This document shows positions 12,050-22,070 of a stretch of 35,221 nt of DNA, piece by piece. The stretch covers positions 220,649-255,869 of the forward strand of contig WELA01002449.1 of assembly GCA_009602735.1 (NCBI GenBank), given 5' to 3'. The stretch is from Mesotaenium endlicherianum. Lineage: Eukaryota. Numbering within the stretch: position 1 is the first letter of the stretch; each line of letters begins with the position of its first letter. The notes under the pieces are model-generated. The model ran no database searches, was not told where the DNA came from, and was given only the letters and a program-made list of their open reading frames with translations. A program made the position numbers and the translations under genes.

Positions 12050-13726
12050 TTAAGGGGTTGTTCCTGGGGCTTCAGGATCAGGAGACGGAGATCTGGACCT
12101 AGATCTGGACAGCCCTCTAGGTCTGTCAGCTGGCCTTCTAAAGAACCCTGTTTGCTCTAAAGTTGGCCCTCGAGGAGAACGGAGGATGGTGGCCTGCTCT
12201 TCAACCACTTGGGTGTTGATTCCCACATAGACAGGCATTCCAGTAGGATGCTGAAATACATTGGCTAGAGGTACATGCCCCTGAGCGGAGGGGGAGGCTG
12301 GCATACCTCTGGCCCACCCGCGTGTCCCTCTTCTGGCACCCCTGTCCTCTGGGGATTTCTGTCTGTGTCTGCTGCCCAGTACAGTCAGATCAGCTTCTTC
12401 CCCTGCTTGGGCAGGTGGGCTGGGGGAGCGAGCGCGGGGTCCAGTTGTCGCCATAACGGGGATCACATTCCACACACCTGATCGTGGTTCTTTAGGAAGT
12501 GCCACTGCCTGTCCCTGGGTATCCTGAGTACCTGCTGCTGATGCTTCTCCTCTGCCTTGTTCTTCTTCCTCATCCTCCTCATCCTCCTCCTCGGAGAGAG
12601 TAGGGGTCTCGTCCACTAAGTCGTCCTGCTCCCTAGTAGACATGGAGTAGTCTACCGACCTCCCTTTCTTAGGGCGCGCTGGAGGTTGCTTGGCCTTCAG
12701 CCTACTGATATCTATCCGGCCTGCATTCTTTGCCCATTTGACAAAGGCATGCTTTCCCTTAGAGAAGTACTCTCTTCCCCTCCTCCTATGTTCCTTGGTC
12801 TCTGCATTCATATTGCTCAGGCATCCATTCAGCCTGGGGTCCCAAGGGGCAATGTGAGGTGGTAGGATGAGATAGCCGTCTAGGCCATAGTGGAAGTCAT
12901 CCGGTTGGGCTCGGTCACACTCCTGCTTCTTATTTGTGACGGTCATCCACCTCCAGTCTGTTGGCTGCTGGTAGTACTGGGGTCCGTGCTCAGCCTTCCT
13001 CAGTTTACACGGGAACCAGTGGGGAGAGAACATCTGCTGTCCTGCTTCCCTGGCCAAGTACTCCCAGCTCCTTCTCTCAACTTCATTGTAAGCTGGCAGG
13101 AGTGTGAGGTAGAATACCGTATCCTTAAAGCTATCGGGCCGCATGCTCACCATCCGGATGAGTCTCTGATCTCCCACTATTCCCGGTATGGGGACCGGCT
13201 TGTCCTCTGAATCATCTGCGAGATACCGGGCCTGCTCTGCTGTATAGCCCACCATCTTAGCATAATCTTCGTAAAGGACCACGCCGGTGTGTGTCTCGAT
13301 GTACCTGTCCAGTGCTGTAGCTCCTTCCTTCTGTAGCAGTGTTGTCTGTTCCAGCCTGTTGATCTCCTGGGCTGCCAGCAATGCTTCCTTCAGGTTATCG
13401 AAGTTTTGGCCACCCACCACAGTATACCTGTAAGTGGCCAAGCTCTTCTGTCTGTCCGCTTCAATCTTTTTTCTTTTCTCCTCTTCTGCCGCTGCCGCTT
13501 CTTCTTGCTGTTTCTTCTGTCTCTCCTCCTCAGCCTTCCTGAGGTTTTCCGCTTCCTGATCCTTCTTCCTCTGTGCCTCTTCTGCCGCCTCTTGTTGCTT
13601 GCGGACCCTTTCTTGTTCTCTCCTGGTGAGGGACGTCGCCGCCAGCTCCTTCTGGTATTGCTCCATTGTCCTCCTGGCTTCTTCTGCCTTGCGCTTTCTG
13701 TCCTCCTTTTGTGTGGTGGGCGCCAT
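12050..13726 (-). CDS. ORF3 of element B: 558-aa protein of unknown function (charged coiled-coil N-terminus, aromatic-rich core, acidic tract, RS/SP-rich tail)
   Basis: Long open frame, nearly identical in D and with a diverged homologue in C. ATG 13726 was chosen because it follows CAG|G and aligns with the start in C. No signal peptide or transmembrane segment is visible. Confidence 0.9.
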   Translation of the reverse strand: MAPTTQKEDRKRKAEEARRTMEQYQKELAATSLTRREQERVRKQQEAAEEAQRKKDQEAENLRKAEEERQKKQQEEAAAAEEEKRKKIEADRQKSLATYRYTVVGGQNFDNLKEALLAAQEINRLEQTTLLQKEGATALDRYIETHTGVVLYEDYAKMVGYTAEQARYLADDSEDKPVPIPGIVGDQRLIRMVSMRPDSFKDTVFYLTLLPAYNEVERRSWEYLAREAGQQMFSPHWFPCKLRKAEHGPQYYQQPTDWRWMTVTNKKQECDRAQPDDFHYGLDGYLILPPHIAPWDPRLNGCLSNMNAETKEHRRRGREYFSKGKHAFVKWAKNAGRIDISRLKAKQPPARPKKGRSVDYSMSTREQDDLVDETPTLSEEEDEEDEEEEQGRGEASAAGTQDTQGQAVALPKEPRSGVWNVIPVMATTGPRARSPSPPAQAGEEADLTVLGSRHRQKSPEDRGARRGTRGWARGMPASPSAQGHVPLANVFQHPTGMPVYVGINTQVVEEQATILRSPRGPTLEQTGFFRRPADRPRGLSRSRSRSPSPDPEAPGTTP

Positions 13727-13930
13727 CCTGCACATGTAACCAGGGCACAAGTTAGTAGGATATGGACCTTTGTCATAGGGATTGCAGGAAGTATGTTAGT
13801 ATTTAGTATAGTGGCTTCGCTGCTGTTTACCTTACAGGATGATTGCTAAAAGTTGACGTAGTTGCGATGCGCTACACATAAACGTATGAGTGTGTTTTTA
13901 TCGCTCTCGCTCACTAACTGTCATATATTT

Positions 13931-13944
13931 TCCCCTCCAACTTA
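13931..13944 (-). promoter_or_regulatory. Second, internal PPT-like tract just downstream of pol in B
   Basis: TAAGTTGGAGGGGA shares 12 nt with the terminal PPT; also at 35161-35174 (D) and 31192-31206 (C). Confidence 0.7.
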
Positions 13945-13993
13945 AATGGAGACAGGACCGCCTGTCACCTTCCCGTGTCAACTGAAATGACAG

Positions 13994-16900
13994 TTATGGA
14001 GGGACTCCAGCGGCCCGAAGGTGGAACCGTGTCAACGCCCCTTTGGCATTGGTCAAGTGGTCCTTAAACTCCCAAGTGTCCCCAGAGGCATCGTAACCCT
14101 TCCATCGAATGAGGTATTTCATGACATATTTAGACGATCGACGGACCGAGCGAGCGTCTAAAATCTCATCGACCTCATATTCCTCAGGGTCGCCGTCCCG
14201 GACAGCGGGGACCGGTCCCGGTTGGACAGGGAACCGACCTGTGAACAGTGTATCACCTTTGATGTACGGTTCCAGGAAGGAGACATTAAAGACCGGGTGC
14301 CCCTTGTATTCAGCTGACATGTTCAGTTTGTAAGCATTCTGACCGACACGACGGACCACCGAATATGGACCGACCCAGACAGGGCCAAGCTTTTTCTTGA
14401 CCACACCAGGGAGGTACAGGTGCTGAGAATGCAGTTTGACTAAATCCCCCTTGGAAAATGTCAGTTCCCGACGGTGTTGATTAGCGTATTTTTGTTGGTT
14501 TTCTTGGGCCGTGTGCAAGTTTCGTTGGACTTCTGACAGGGTGTCAGCAAACTCCTGAGTTAACTGGAGGGAGACCGGGTTGTCAATCCCTTCAGGGTGA
14601 GTTAAAGATTCCCCTAGCACATCTAGAGGAGACTTAGGGACTCTACCCAGGCTGAGTTCAAAAGGAGTTTTGCCCGTTGACGCGTGCACCGCACTGTTGA
14701 CCGCAAACTGAATTTGAGGCAACAGGTCATCCCAATTATCTTGTTTTTGGTTAATATATGCTCTCAGCACCTCCTGCAGAACTCGGTTAGTTCTTTCAGT
14801 CTGCCCATCAGTCTGAGGGTGGTTTGCTGTGCTGAGCAGCTGTTTGACTCCCATTAACCCCATTAAAGCTCTCCAGAACTTAGAGGTGAATTTTGAGTCT
14901 CTGTCTGAGATGATATTAGAAGGGAGCCCATGTTGGCATACTACATGGTTGTAAAACTGTCTCGCTGTTTCGAGTGCAGTCACTTTGACAGTTGTGGGGA
15001 TAAAAATGACCATTTTTGTCAGTTTATCCACGACTACCAGTATTGAATCATGCCCGTTGGCAGTTCTTGGTAGTGAGACCACCCAGTCCATGGATATAGT
15101 TTCCCAGCGTCCCGCTGGGATGGGTAGCGGTTGCAAGAGACCTCCGGGTGGTGTGTGCCGAGACTTATTTCTCTGACACTGGTCACAGGACTTGACATAT
15201 TTCAAGACCTCCCGGGGTAACCCCTCCCAATGATAATGTTTTGCCAGTTTGCCAACAGTTTTGGCCTGCCCCAAATGTCCACCCAGGAGACTGTCATGAG
15301 CTTGACTCAGTAAGAGAGACCTTATTTCCAAGTTATTAGGAATGACCAGCTTCAGCCTGCCTGAAGTGGTTTCAGTCACCCAGACCCCTCCCTTGAGCTT
15401 ATACCCGAGTGCAGTAGCACGACACACACCAGTAGTGGGGCTGGGCTCAAATGTTGGGTCAGAAAGGTAGGCTTTCCTAAGTTGTTCAAGGAAGGACTTT
15501 TTCACCTTTAGTGAAGTGAGTGCACACAGGACTTTATCTACAGCATGCTGACTAAAGTTCCTTTCTTGCAAGTCAGGTCTTCTAGAGAGTGCATCAGCAG
15601 GATTCAACTTCCCTGGTTTGTAGTCGATCTGGACTTGGAACTGCTCCAGCATCTGGCTCCAGCGGTTCTCCCTCCTCGACAGCTTGGACTTCTTCTGAAA
15701 GTGGGTCAGAGCTAGATGATCTGTAATCACCTTAAAAGCTTTACCATGTAAGTATGCTCTCCACTGTTTGAGTACATGAATGATAGCTAGCAGCTCTTTA
15801 TCATGCACTGAGTAATTAATCTCCGCTGGATTAAATTTCATAGACTCATACAACACAGGATGCCACTCCTGCCGTACCTTACCATCCTTTGTGGTTTTGT
15901 CAGCAGGCTGCAACAAAATAGCACCCATGGCAAAATCAGAGGCATCAGTAACCACCTGCACCGGTTTGCTGGGGTCATACACGGCTAGCACTGGGGCAGA
16001 ACAAAGGGCATCTTTAAGGGTCTGGAAGGCAGCCTGCTGCTCTTCCCCCCACACATACCCGATGTCTTTCTTAGTAAGGTCAGTCAGTTTACTGGCCTTT
16101 GTGGAATAATTCTCAATAAATCTCCTATAGTAGTTAGCCAACCCGAGGAAGGATCTAACTTCAGAGACAGACTGTGGTACTGGCCAGTCCCTTATGGTCT
16201 GGACTTTCTTAGGATCCACACTGATGCCCTCTTTACTGACAACGTGGCCTAAGAATTCAATACTTTCCTTAAAGAAATCACACTTGCTCATTTTAGCATA
16301 CAAGTGATTTTTCCGCAGAGTGTCCAGCACTTTCTTTAAGTGTTCAGTGTGCTGAGCTTCATCTTTAGAGAAAATTAAAATATCATCCAGGAAAACTTGC
16401 ACAAACTTATCCAAATAAGGTCTGAAAATGTCATTCATAGCACCCATAAAGGTAGCAGGAGCATTAGTCAGTCCAAATGGCATCACGTTGAACTCATAGT
16501 GTCCATAACGTGTGCGGAAAGCAGTCTTGTGTTCATCCCCCTCAGCAATTCTGATTTGATGATAACCACTCTTGAGATCTATCTTACTGAACACCTTAGC
16601 GCCAGACAGGGTATCAAGCAAGTCCTCGATCCTGGGTAAAGCATACTTGTTCTTTACTGTAATTCTGTTCAGGGCTCTGTAATCCACACACATCCGCATA
16701 CTGCCATCCTTTTTCTTAACAAATAGGATAGGTGCGCCGTACGGTGATTTACTGGGAGAAATGTAACCATTTTCCTCCAGCTCTGCAATCTGTGTTTTCA
16801 ACTCCTCGCTCTCCAAATAAGACAAGCCATAAGTGCGTTGCCAGGGTGGCTGGCTACCAGGTAATAGATCAATCCTATGATCTACTTCCCTTTTAGGGGG

Positions 16901-17803
16901 TAGTCCTGGAGGCATGTTAAACACATCAGTGTACTGAGCAACAATTTTTGCAGCAGTAGGGTGCTCCGGAGGGCTTACCTTTTTCTCAACCACTTCTTCA
17001 GGTTGAGGAGGTACCTCTCTTAGCAGCAGACAGAACATTCTGTCTTCCTTCTGGTTCCAGCTTTTGACGAACTCCATTGCATTCAGCAACTTGCATCCTT
17101 CTGGAAGCCTCTTCTTTTCCTTCATTTGCCATCCACACAGGACAAGAGGAAGAGCACTGGTGGGTGCCAAGTCAGTCTGCCCATCACTGGCTCCTCTCAC
17201 TTTAACTGTACCTCTGCTCCAACACACTTCAGCTTGATGTCTATTAAGCCAGGACCTGCCTAGCACGAGATCATAAAAGCCAGTGTTGAGTACCTCAAAT
17301 GTAAGCGTTTCAGTTAGAACTGCAATGCCAGAACCTAACTGGACCTCAATAGGCTTGGTTATAACTCCTCCCGGGATACTTGAGGCATCTCCAAGGAATA
17401 TTTTTCTATTCCCTTGGGTGACAGTAGGCAGCCTTAGCCGCTTAACTAAGTCCTTGTGAATAAAAGTATGTGACGCCCCTCCGTCAACAAATGCCCTCAC
17501 CTTCCTACCTGCAATCATGCAATGCAGTAGGATAGGGGGGACTGTCTTTTCCTGACTTTCGCATTGTTCTCCTGACGTAGCAAAGAAATGTTGGACATCA
17601 GGTGGAACAAGAGCATCCAGAGTGTGCACTCTCTGGACGTCTATATTACTGATGGTCTCCTTTATCTGTTTGTCAGGCATGCATAGTGAATCCAGTTCAG
17701 CAGGACCCATAATACCTGCTACGAGGGCAGCTAGTGACGACTCACTATCTCTAGCATCCTCACAGTCAGTAGACTGGATTACTGACTGTTGCTGTCTTTT
17801 AAA
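13994..17803 (-). CDS. pol: Pol polyprotein of B (PR-RT-RNase H-integrase-chromodomain), probably made as Gag-Pol by -1 frameshift
   Basis: [42 protein letters not shown] zinc finger; SMDW/SDRD/QTER catalytic [30 protein letters not shown]. The frame is open upstream of ATG 17710 through the slippery site. Confidence 0.97.
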   Translation of the reverse strand, partial: FKRQQQSVIQSTDCEDARDSESSLAALVAGIMGPAELDSLCMPDKQIKETISNIDVQRVHTLDALVPPDVQHFFATSGEQCESQEKTVPPILLHCMIAGRKVRAFVDGGASHTFIHKDLVKRLRLPTVTQGNRKIFLGDASSIPGGVITKPIEVQLGSGIAVLTETLTFEVLNTGFYDLVLGRSWLNRHQAEVCWSRGTVKVRGASDGQTDLAPTSALPLVLCGWQMKEKKRLPEGCKLLNAMEFVKSWNQKEDRMFCLLLREVPPQPEEVVEKKVSPPEHPTAAKIVAQYTDVFNMPPGLPPKREVDHRIDLLPGSQPPWQRTYGLSYLESEELKTQIAELEENGYISPSKSPYGAPILFVKKKDGSMRMCVDYRALNRITVKNKYALPRIEDLLDTLSGAKVFSKIDLKSGYHQIRIAEGDEHKTAFRTRYGHYEFNVMPFGLTNAPATFMGAMNDIFRPYLDKFVQVFLDDILIFSKDEAQHTEHLKKVLDTLRKNHLYAKMSKCDFFKESIEFLGHVVSKEGISVDPKKVQTIRDWPVPQSVSEVRSFLGLANYYRRFIENYSTKASKLTDLTKKDIGYVWGEEQQAAFQTLKDALCSAPVLAVYDPSKPVQVVTDASDFAMGAILLQPADKTTKDGKVRQEWHPVLYESMKFNPAEINYSVHDKELLAIIHVLKQWRAYLHGKAFKVITDHLALTHFQKKSKLSRRENRWSQMLEQFQVQIDYKPGKLNPADALSRRPDLQERNFSQHAVDKVLCALTSLKVKKSFLEQLRKAYLSDPTFEPSPTTGVCRATALGYKLKGGVWVTETTSGRLKLVIPNNLEIRSLLLSQAHDSLLGGHLGQAKTVGKLAKHYHWEGLPREVLKYVKSCDQCQRNKSRHTPPGGLLQPLPIPAGRWETISMDWVVSLPRTANGHDSILVVVDKLTKMVIFIPTTVKVTALETARQFYNHVVCQHGLPSNIISDRDSKFTSKFWRALMGLMGVKQLLSTANHPQTDGQTERTNRVLQEVLRAYINQKQDNWDDLLPQIQFAVNSAVHASTGKTPFELSLGRVPKSPLDVLGESLTHPEGIDNPVSLQLTQEFADTLSEVQRNLHTAQENQQKYANQHRRELTFSKGDLVKLHSQHLYLPGVVKKKLGPVWVGPYSVVRRVGQNAYKLNMSAEYKGHPVFNVSFLEPYIKGDTLFTGRFPVQPGPVPAVRDGDPEEYEVDEILDARSVRRSSKYVMKYLIRWKGYDASGDTWEFKDHLTNAKGALTRFHLRAAGVPP
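17762..17803 (-). promoter_or_regulatory. Predicted -1 ribosomal frameshift signal of B
   Basis: U UUA AAA in the gag frame (17803-17797), 7-nt spacer, perfect 10-bp stem ACAGUCAGUA/UACUGACUGU; pol is in the -1 frame. Confidence 0.8.
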
Positions 17804-19257
17804 GGCTGGTCTTTTCTCTCGACCTTAGGCAGGTGCTTGACCGGACACTGTTCTCTGTAGTGGCCTTTCTGCTGACAATGGTAGCAAGTAGATTTTGCTG
17901 AGGCTGGTCTCGGCTTAGTCCTACCACCACCCCTTCCATAGCCACCTCGAGAGGGACCACCTCTACCTCTAGACTGAATAGCATTGTACTCATACTCATA
18001 TTCATCACCCTGATTATCCTCAGCCTGGTCTCCTTCAACTGCATTGTAGGAACCGTGGGGCTTTTTGACAATCTTAGACACCAAAGCGTTACTCTGGCGC
18101 TTGTGATTGAACTGCTGCTGATCCCAGGCGTCAGCATCCTGGATCAAGTCAGCCAGTTTCTCATACTTTTTCTCAGCAAAATGACCAGAGACCTCGGATT
18201 TCAAGCCATACCTGAAGTATGCTATCCTATACCGTTCTGGCAAATCAGGCTGCTTCATCATGTTCTCTTGGAACTTTTGAGCAAACTCAGCAACTGAAGT
18301 GGTCTGCTTCAGTGTCAGGGAGATCATCGCATAGATAGCTTTCTCCTGCTGGTTGATGACATCAAACTTCTCATGCAACTTCTCGACAAACTCTACCCAC
18401 GTAGGGTCACCGAGTTGCCGAGCCTTACGCTCTTCCTTCCAGTAAAGCCACCAGTCTGCGGCACTGCCTTTCAGTAGCGCACCGGTGTGCCTGACCTTCT
18501 CGTAATCTTGCAGTTCTGGGTAGTTCTCCAGCCACTGCTCAACATCCGCGAGAAACTTGATCAGGTAATATTTTCTGTTTCCCTCAGGATCATAGTCCTG
18601 GGGAGGTTTCGGCTTGGGCTTACTAGGCCCTCGGCCACCACCACTAGTGGTGTGAGACCCCAGTTGGTCTCTGTCCCGGAGTAGGGACATTATGATTCTT
18701 TTGTCCTCCTGCTGGGACTGATACATGGTCGCCATTTGCGACTGCATCTGAACGAACAATGCTCCCAAGTCTACATTTTGGGGTGGTAGATTAGCAAATG
18801 CAGCAGCAGCATTGGCATCTACTCGCTGAGTAGTGTCCTCAACAATCCCTCTTGCTCCTGCAGCAGCAATTCCTGCCGCATTCAGCCGGTCACGTATTTG
18901 ACCTAGGGGTACATTGAGTTGTACGGCAGGAGGTGGGTTCAGAACATTGGCCCTTGATGCCATAAGTTCTTCAACAGTGCGCTCGTCAGCTGGCTGTCCT
19001 TCCCTCCTTTGTATATCTTCAGCGGCCTTTGCTACTTGTTCAGCTTCTAGTCTGGCTATCTCCTCCTCAGCTTGCTGAGCTGCGACTGAGGCAATAGCAG
19101 CTGCCTCATCTGCAGCCTCCCTAGCTGCAGTATCCGCTACTGCTTCCGAATAGGTACGGTTTCCCGCTACATGGCTTTCCGCCTGGTTTTCGACATTCTC
19201 GTTATCCTGGTTCTCCATGTCTCGGGAGTTGCTAGTTTGAGACCTTGTCCTTACCAT
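17779..19257 (-). CDS. gag: Gag of element B (492 aa)
   Basis: Starts MVRTRS 21 nt after the [39 protein letters not shown] tract and [14 protein letters not shown] knuckle. Confidence 0.96.
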   Translation of the reverse strand: MVRTRSQTSNSRDMENQDNENVENQAESHVAGNRTYSEAVADTAAREAADEAAAIASVAAQQAEEEIARLEAEQVAKAAEDIQRREGQPADERTVEELMASRANVLNPPPAVQLNVPLGQIRDRLNAAGIAAAGARGIVEDTTQRVDANAAAAFANLPPQNVDLGALFVQMQSQMATMYQSQQEDKRIIMSLLRDRDQLGSHTTSGGGRGPSKPKPKPPQDYDPEGNRKYYLIKFLADVEQWLENYPELQDYEKVRHTGALLKGSAADWWLYWKEERKARQLGDPTWVEFVEKLHEKFDVINQQEKAIYAMISLTLKQTTSVAEFAQKFQENMMKQPDLPERYRIAYFRYGLKSEVSGHFAEKKYEKLADLIQDADAWDQQQFNHKRQSNALVSKIVKKPHGSYNAVEGDQAEDNQGDEYEYEYNAIQSRGRGGPSRGGYGRGGGRTKPRPASAKSTCYHCQQKGHYREQCPVKHLPKVERKDQPLKDSNSQ

Positions 19258-19278
19258 ACAAAGAAGACTGTGATAACT

Positions 19279-19290
19279 GCTCCGATACCA
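19279..19290 (-). promoter_or_regulatory. Primer-binding site of B (tRNA-iMet type)
   Basis: TGGTATCGGAGC, 1 nt inside the 5' LTR. Confidence 0.88.
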
Positions 19291-19291
19291 C

Positions 19292-20037
19292 TGAAATGAA
19301 TCGACTTACCAAATAGGCGATTAACAATTAATAAAGATCTTTATATCAGCAAGTAATCTTTATGGTAATTTCCGTTAACTGGTTAAACGGCAAAGGACAA
19401 TACACTAGCAGTGAATAATACTCGTAAGTCAAATGCGAGTAAACTAGCATCAATAATGCAAATCAGTAAACTCATACATAAGCAAGGTTAGAAGACAGTG
19501 CGTATCAATGGCTTCTCGCCTTGGATTCAGATCTCTCTCAGTAAGCTGTACAAGAGAGTTGGCCTCGTTTCCGAATGCCGAACTCGAGAGCAATGCCTAG
19601 CATATGTACATGGAATGAGTTTACTGTTCAACGGTCAGTGCGATGGCACCGCCTACCCGGGAGTTAACCACGTTGGTAGGACCTCGGTTAACCAAATCCA
19701 CCGCCATCTCCCATCATCCCGAATAGCCATCCATCATGGGGATGTCATCTGGCCATTCATCTAGCAGGTGGTACTTAGATGCATATCAAGGCAGTTCGCT
19801 GCTACCGAGCACGGAAGTCAGCTGGCTGTCAAAGAATGTGTCAGCAAGCTGACTTAAGTTGACTTCAGCCTGCTGCTTTTGGCCGAGTCATTAAACTGAT
19901 AATTATGTAAAGTCCAGCAGACTGATTATTAACTAAAGTTCAGCAGGCTGACTACTAACTAAAGTTCAGCAGGCTGAACTAAATTAACTATTATATTTAA
20001 ATGAATATTATATCTACTAATATACTGATTCATTACA
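19292..20037 (-). repeat. 5' LTR of element B (746 bp)
   Basis: Matches the 3' LTR plus one extra 26-bp unit and a 1-bp indel. Confidence 0.96.
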
Positions 20038-20493
20038 CACGGGGTGCACCCGTAGCTTGATATACAGTTGCTTGATAGTTACGCCACCATGATGTTGCTG
20101 CTCCTCTAAGTAAGGTAACGGCAAAGGGAACGTAGTCCTCCTCGGGTACTTCAAGGAATGCGAGGTACGTTTCCACTTGGTAGAGCCATAAGTTCAAGTT
20201 GGCTCCTTTCCCGGGGTTGAAAGTGTTGGGTTTGCCGGGCTTGATGAGTTTCCTTGCTCTCGTAGGCTCTTGTGGAGGCGCTTGAGCCGTGGCTGGATTT
20301 GGAGCGTTGCTTGCAATAGGGGCAGTTATGGCAGCCATAGCTTCTCTTGACGCTTGTACGGTTGCTTCATAGGTGGCCAAGCCCACTTGGTTGTGGATAG
20401 CCATTAGGAAGGCTGCCCACTCATTTGGGGGAACTCCTTGCGATGGGGTCAACCTTGCCAGAGCGGCTATCATGGGATCTGATGGTGCTCCTC
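20038..20493 (-). pseudogene. gag: gag of element A, middle fragment
   Basis: KPNTF..WLYQVETYL..LLRGAATSWW retrotransposon Gag motif; lies between element B and the solo LTR. Confidence 0.9.
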
Positions 20494-21414
20494 TGTAACG
20501 TTTCTGCTTTTCGAGAGGATCTTTCCTCGGTATTCAAGGAATACGTAAATGAAGTGGAAAGAAAATCTACATACTTGTGCAAATTGACAAATCCTCGAGA
20601 AAGCGAAAATGAAAACTAACGTAGAATGTGTGCTTGTGAGAGTTGCACTCACAATGACTCTGCAGGTATTTATACCTGCACGACGTGAGGCACTGGAGTG
20701 CATCGAGTCACCGCCTAGGGCACTGGTTCATGTCAATGAAAACAGGCAAAGGGGTACGACCCACTTTGGCTGAATGCTCGAAACACGCCGTTTGGCCGTT
20801 TGGAGACTTTTCGACGGTTTCCAAAAAACCGTTTCACGCCAAACGGGCGTTTTCGCGTTCTCGCGACTTTCCAAATAGTCGCGACTGTTTGCGGAGTCGC
20901 GTACACATGCTTTTTGTCATGAACCGGTAGTTATAAAAACTACTTCGCCAATCGGTTAGGTGTGAAGGTTTCAAAAGACAGGTCGCGGGTTCAAATCCGC
21001 TCGGATGCAAAGTCGCTTTGCATATTATGTGTCGTTTGACTTTTACGACTATTTGTTTGTATTAACAACTGGTTGTAAATCCGAAATCTGTGACTGTGCA
21101 TTATCCGAAATAATGACAATCAAAGTAACTTAATCAAACAATTATTATTTAAGTCATCATCTCATAATTAATCAAAGTAACTTTATGAATAATTATGTCG
21201 TACTTTTGCGAAGTAGTCGAATTACGTTACGACGCTTCTTGCAATAGTATCTCGGTCATTTTGCCAATCGACGGGGAATTAATCGGCACACGCGTGTGGC
21301 GAATAATTCAATGTGATGCAATCAATTATCAAATAATGTATGATAAATAGTATAACGTGTTTTAGGTAATCGGGAAAACGTCCCAAATACGCCTAAAAAG
21401 CTCAATTTGCTACA
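20494..21414 (-). mobile_element. Solo LTR (921 bp) of a third family inserted in gag of A
   Basis: TGTAAC...GCTACA termini; flanking TCCTC/TCCTT (5-bp TSD with one mismatch); removal restores the gag frame; TATAAATA on the minus strand at 20667-20674 gives the orientation. Confidence 0.85.
20941..21009 (+). other. tRNA-derived segment (A box and B box) inside the solo LTR; not a canonical tRNA
   Basis: TCGCCAATCGG (20945-20955) and AGGTCGCGGGTTCAAATCCGC (B box 20988-20998) at tRNA spacing. D- and T-arm-like stems form; acceptor and anticodon stems do not. Confidence 0.55.
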
Positions 21415-21528
21415 TCCTTGTGGTGGCAGATTTTCTTTATTGGGCTCTCCCGTCGGTGCTGGAGGAGGGTCTTTTAGAGGTGTATTGCCTCCTTCAAAAG
21501 CTTGTTGTTGATCTTGAGGATAGGCCAT
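21415..21528 (-). pseudogene. gag: gag of element A, N-terminal fragment
   Basis: ATG 20 nt after the PBS. MAYPQDQ...NLPPQG joins in frame to APSDPMIAALARL after the solo LTR is removed. Confidence 0.85.
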
Positions 21529-21548
21529 CTTCTTGTGCTACCAAAGTG

Positions 21549-21564
21549 CCTGGCTCCAATACCA
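21549..21564 (-). promoter_or_regulatory. Primer-binding site of A (tRNA-iMet type)
   Basis: TGGTATTGGAGCCAGG, 1 nt inside the 5' LTR; the plant iMet consensus is TGGTATCAGAGCCAGG. Confidence 0.85.
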
Positions 21565-21565
21565 C

Positions 21566-22065
21566 TGTAGTGAAACAGATAGATGAAGTACTTAATGAAG
21601 TAGAATACTTTATCTATTGAAGACTAGGATCTTTGAGCACAAGTGGTAGCTTCTTGAAAGAATGATAGCTTCTTGAGAGTTGATATATCTCTGGAATTTG
21701 GCAAGTACAAGAGTGATTCTAGAATGCCTTTCTAGTTTCTAGCTCTTGTCTATATACTTGCTACGTAAGTAATTTCTAAGGTGCATGTTAATGTGTTGGC
21801 ACCCAACACATCCCAGAACTTGCCACCTCTTTCTAAAATAATGTACACATGTTCTTTTGACCTAAAGATGGCATATTTGACTTTTGCCACATGGAGTTCT
21901 TCTAGGTCCTTCCTCTAAATCTGAAAAGGCCTCAGAAGGTTCAAAGAACATGAACCCAGTCACTAGAGTATCTGTTCACACTTGACTGCACACAATATTA
22001 CTCCAAAATTATTCAAAAACATTAAAATGAAAACTAACTAATGTGTTCTAAGTCATATCACTACA
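21566..22065 (-). repeat. 5' LTR of element A
   Basis: Direct repeat of 5773-6275 with many transition differences; abuts the PBS. Confidence 0.95.
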
Positions 22066-22070
22066 CAACT

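Larger units (their letters stand above)
11218..20037 (-). mobile_element. Full-length Ty3/gypsy chromovirus B with intact gag, pol and an extra ORF3
   Basis: LTRs 11218-11936 and 19292-20037 (TGTAATGAATC...GATTCATTTCA on the minus strand); TSD CACGG (11213-11217, 20038-20042); PBS; PPT; three uninterrupted ORFs. Confidence 0.97.
5773..22065 (-). mobile_element. Ty3/gypsy chromovirus LTR retrotransposon A (decayed; hosts element B and a solo LTR)
   Basis: Two ~500-bp LTRs with TGTAGTGA...TCACTACA termini; 5-bp TSD CAACT (5768-5772, 22066-22070); PBS, PPT, and gag-PR-RT-RH-IN-chromodomain remnants. Confidence 0.96.

Noticed and set aside
12050..13750. ORF3 as an envelope gene
   Set aside because: No signal peptide, transmembrane helix or fusion-protein features; the composition is highly charged.
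17470..17500. Protease motif DGG instead of D[S/T]G as a sign of inactivation
   Set aside because: Present in both B and C, and DGG variants occur in plant Ty3/gypsy proteases.
20941..21009. Functional tRNA gene
   Set aside because: The acceptor and anticodon stems do not pair and the T arm is one base short; kept only as a tRNA-derived segment.
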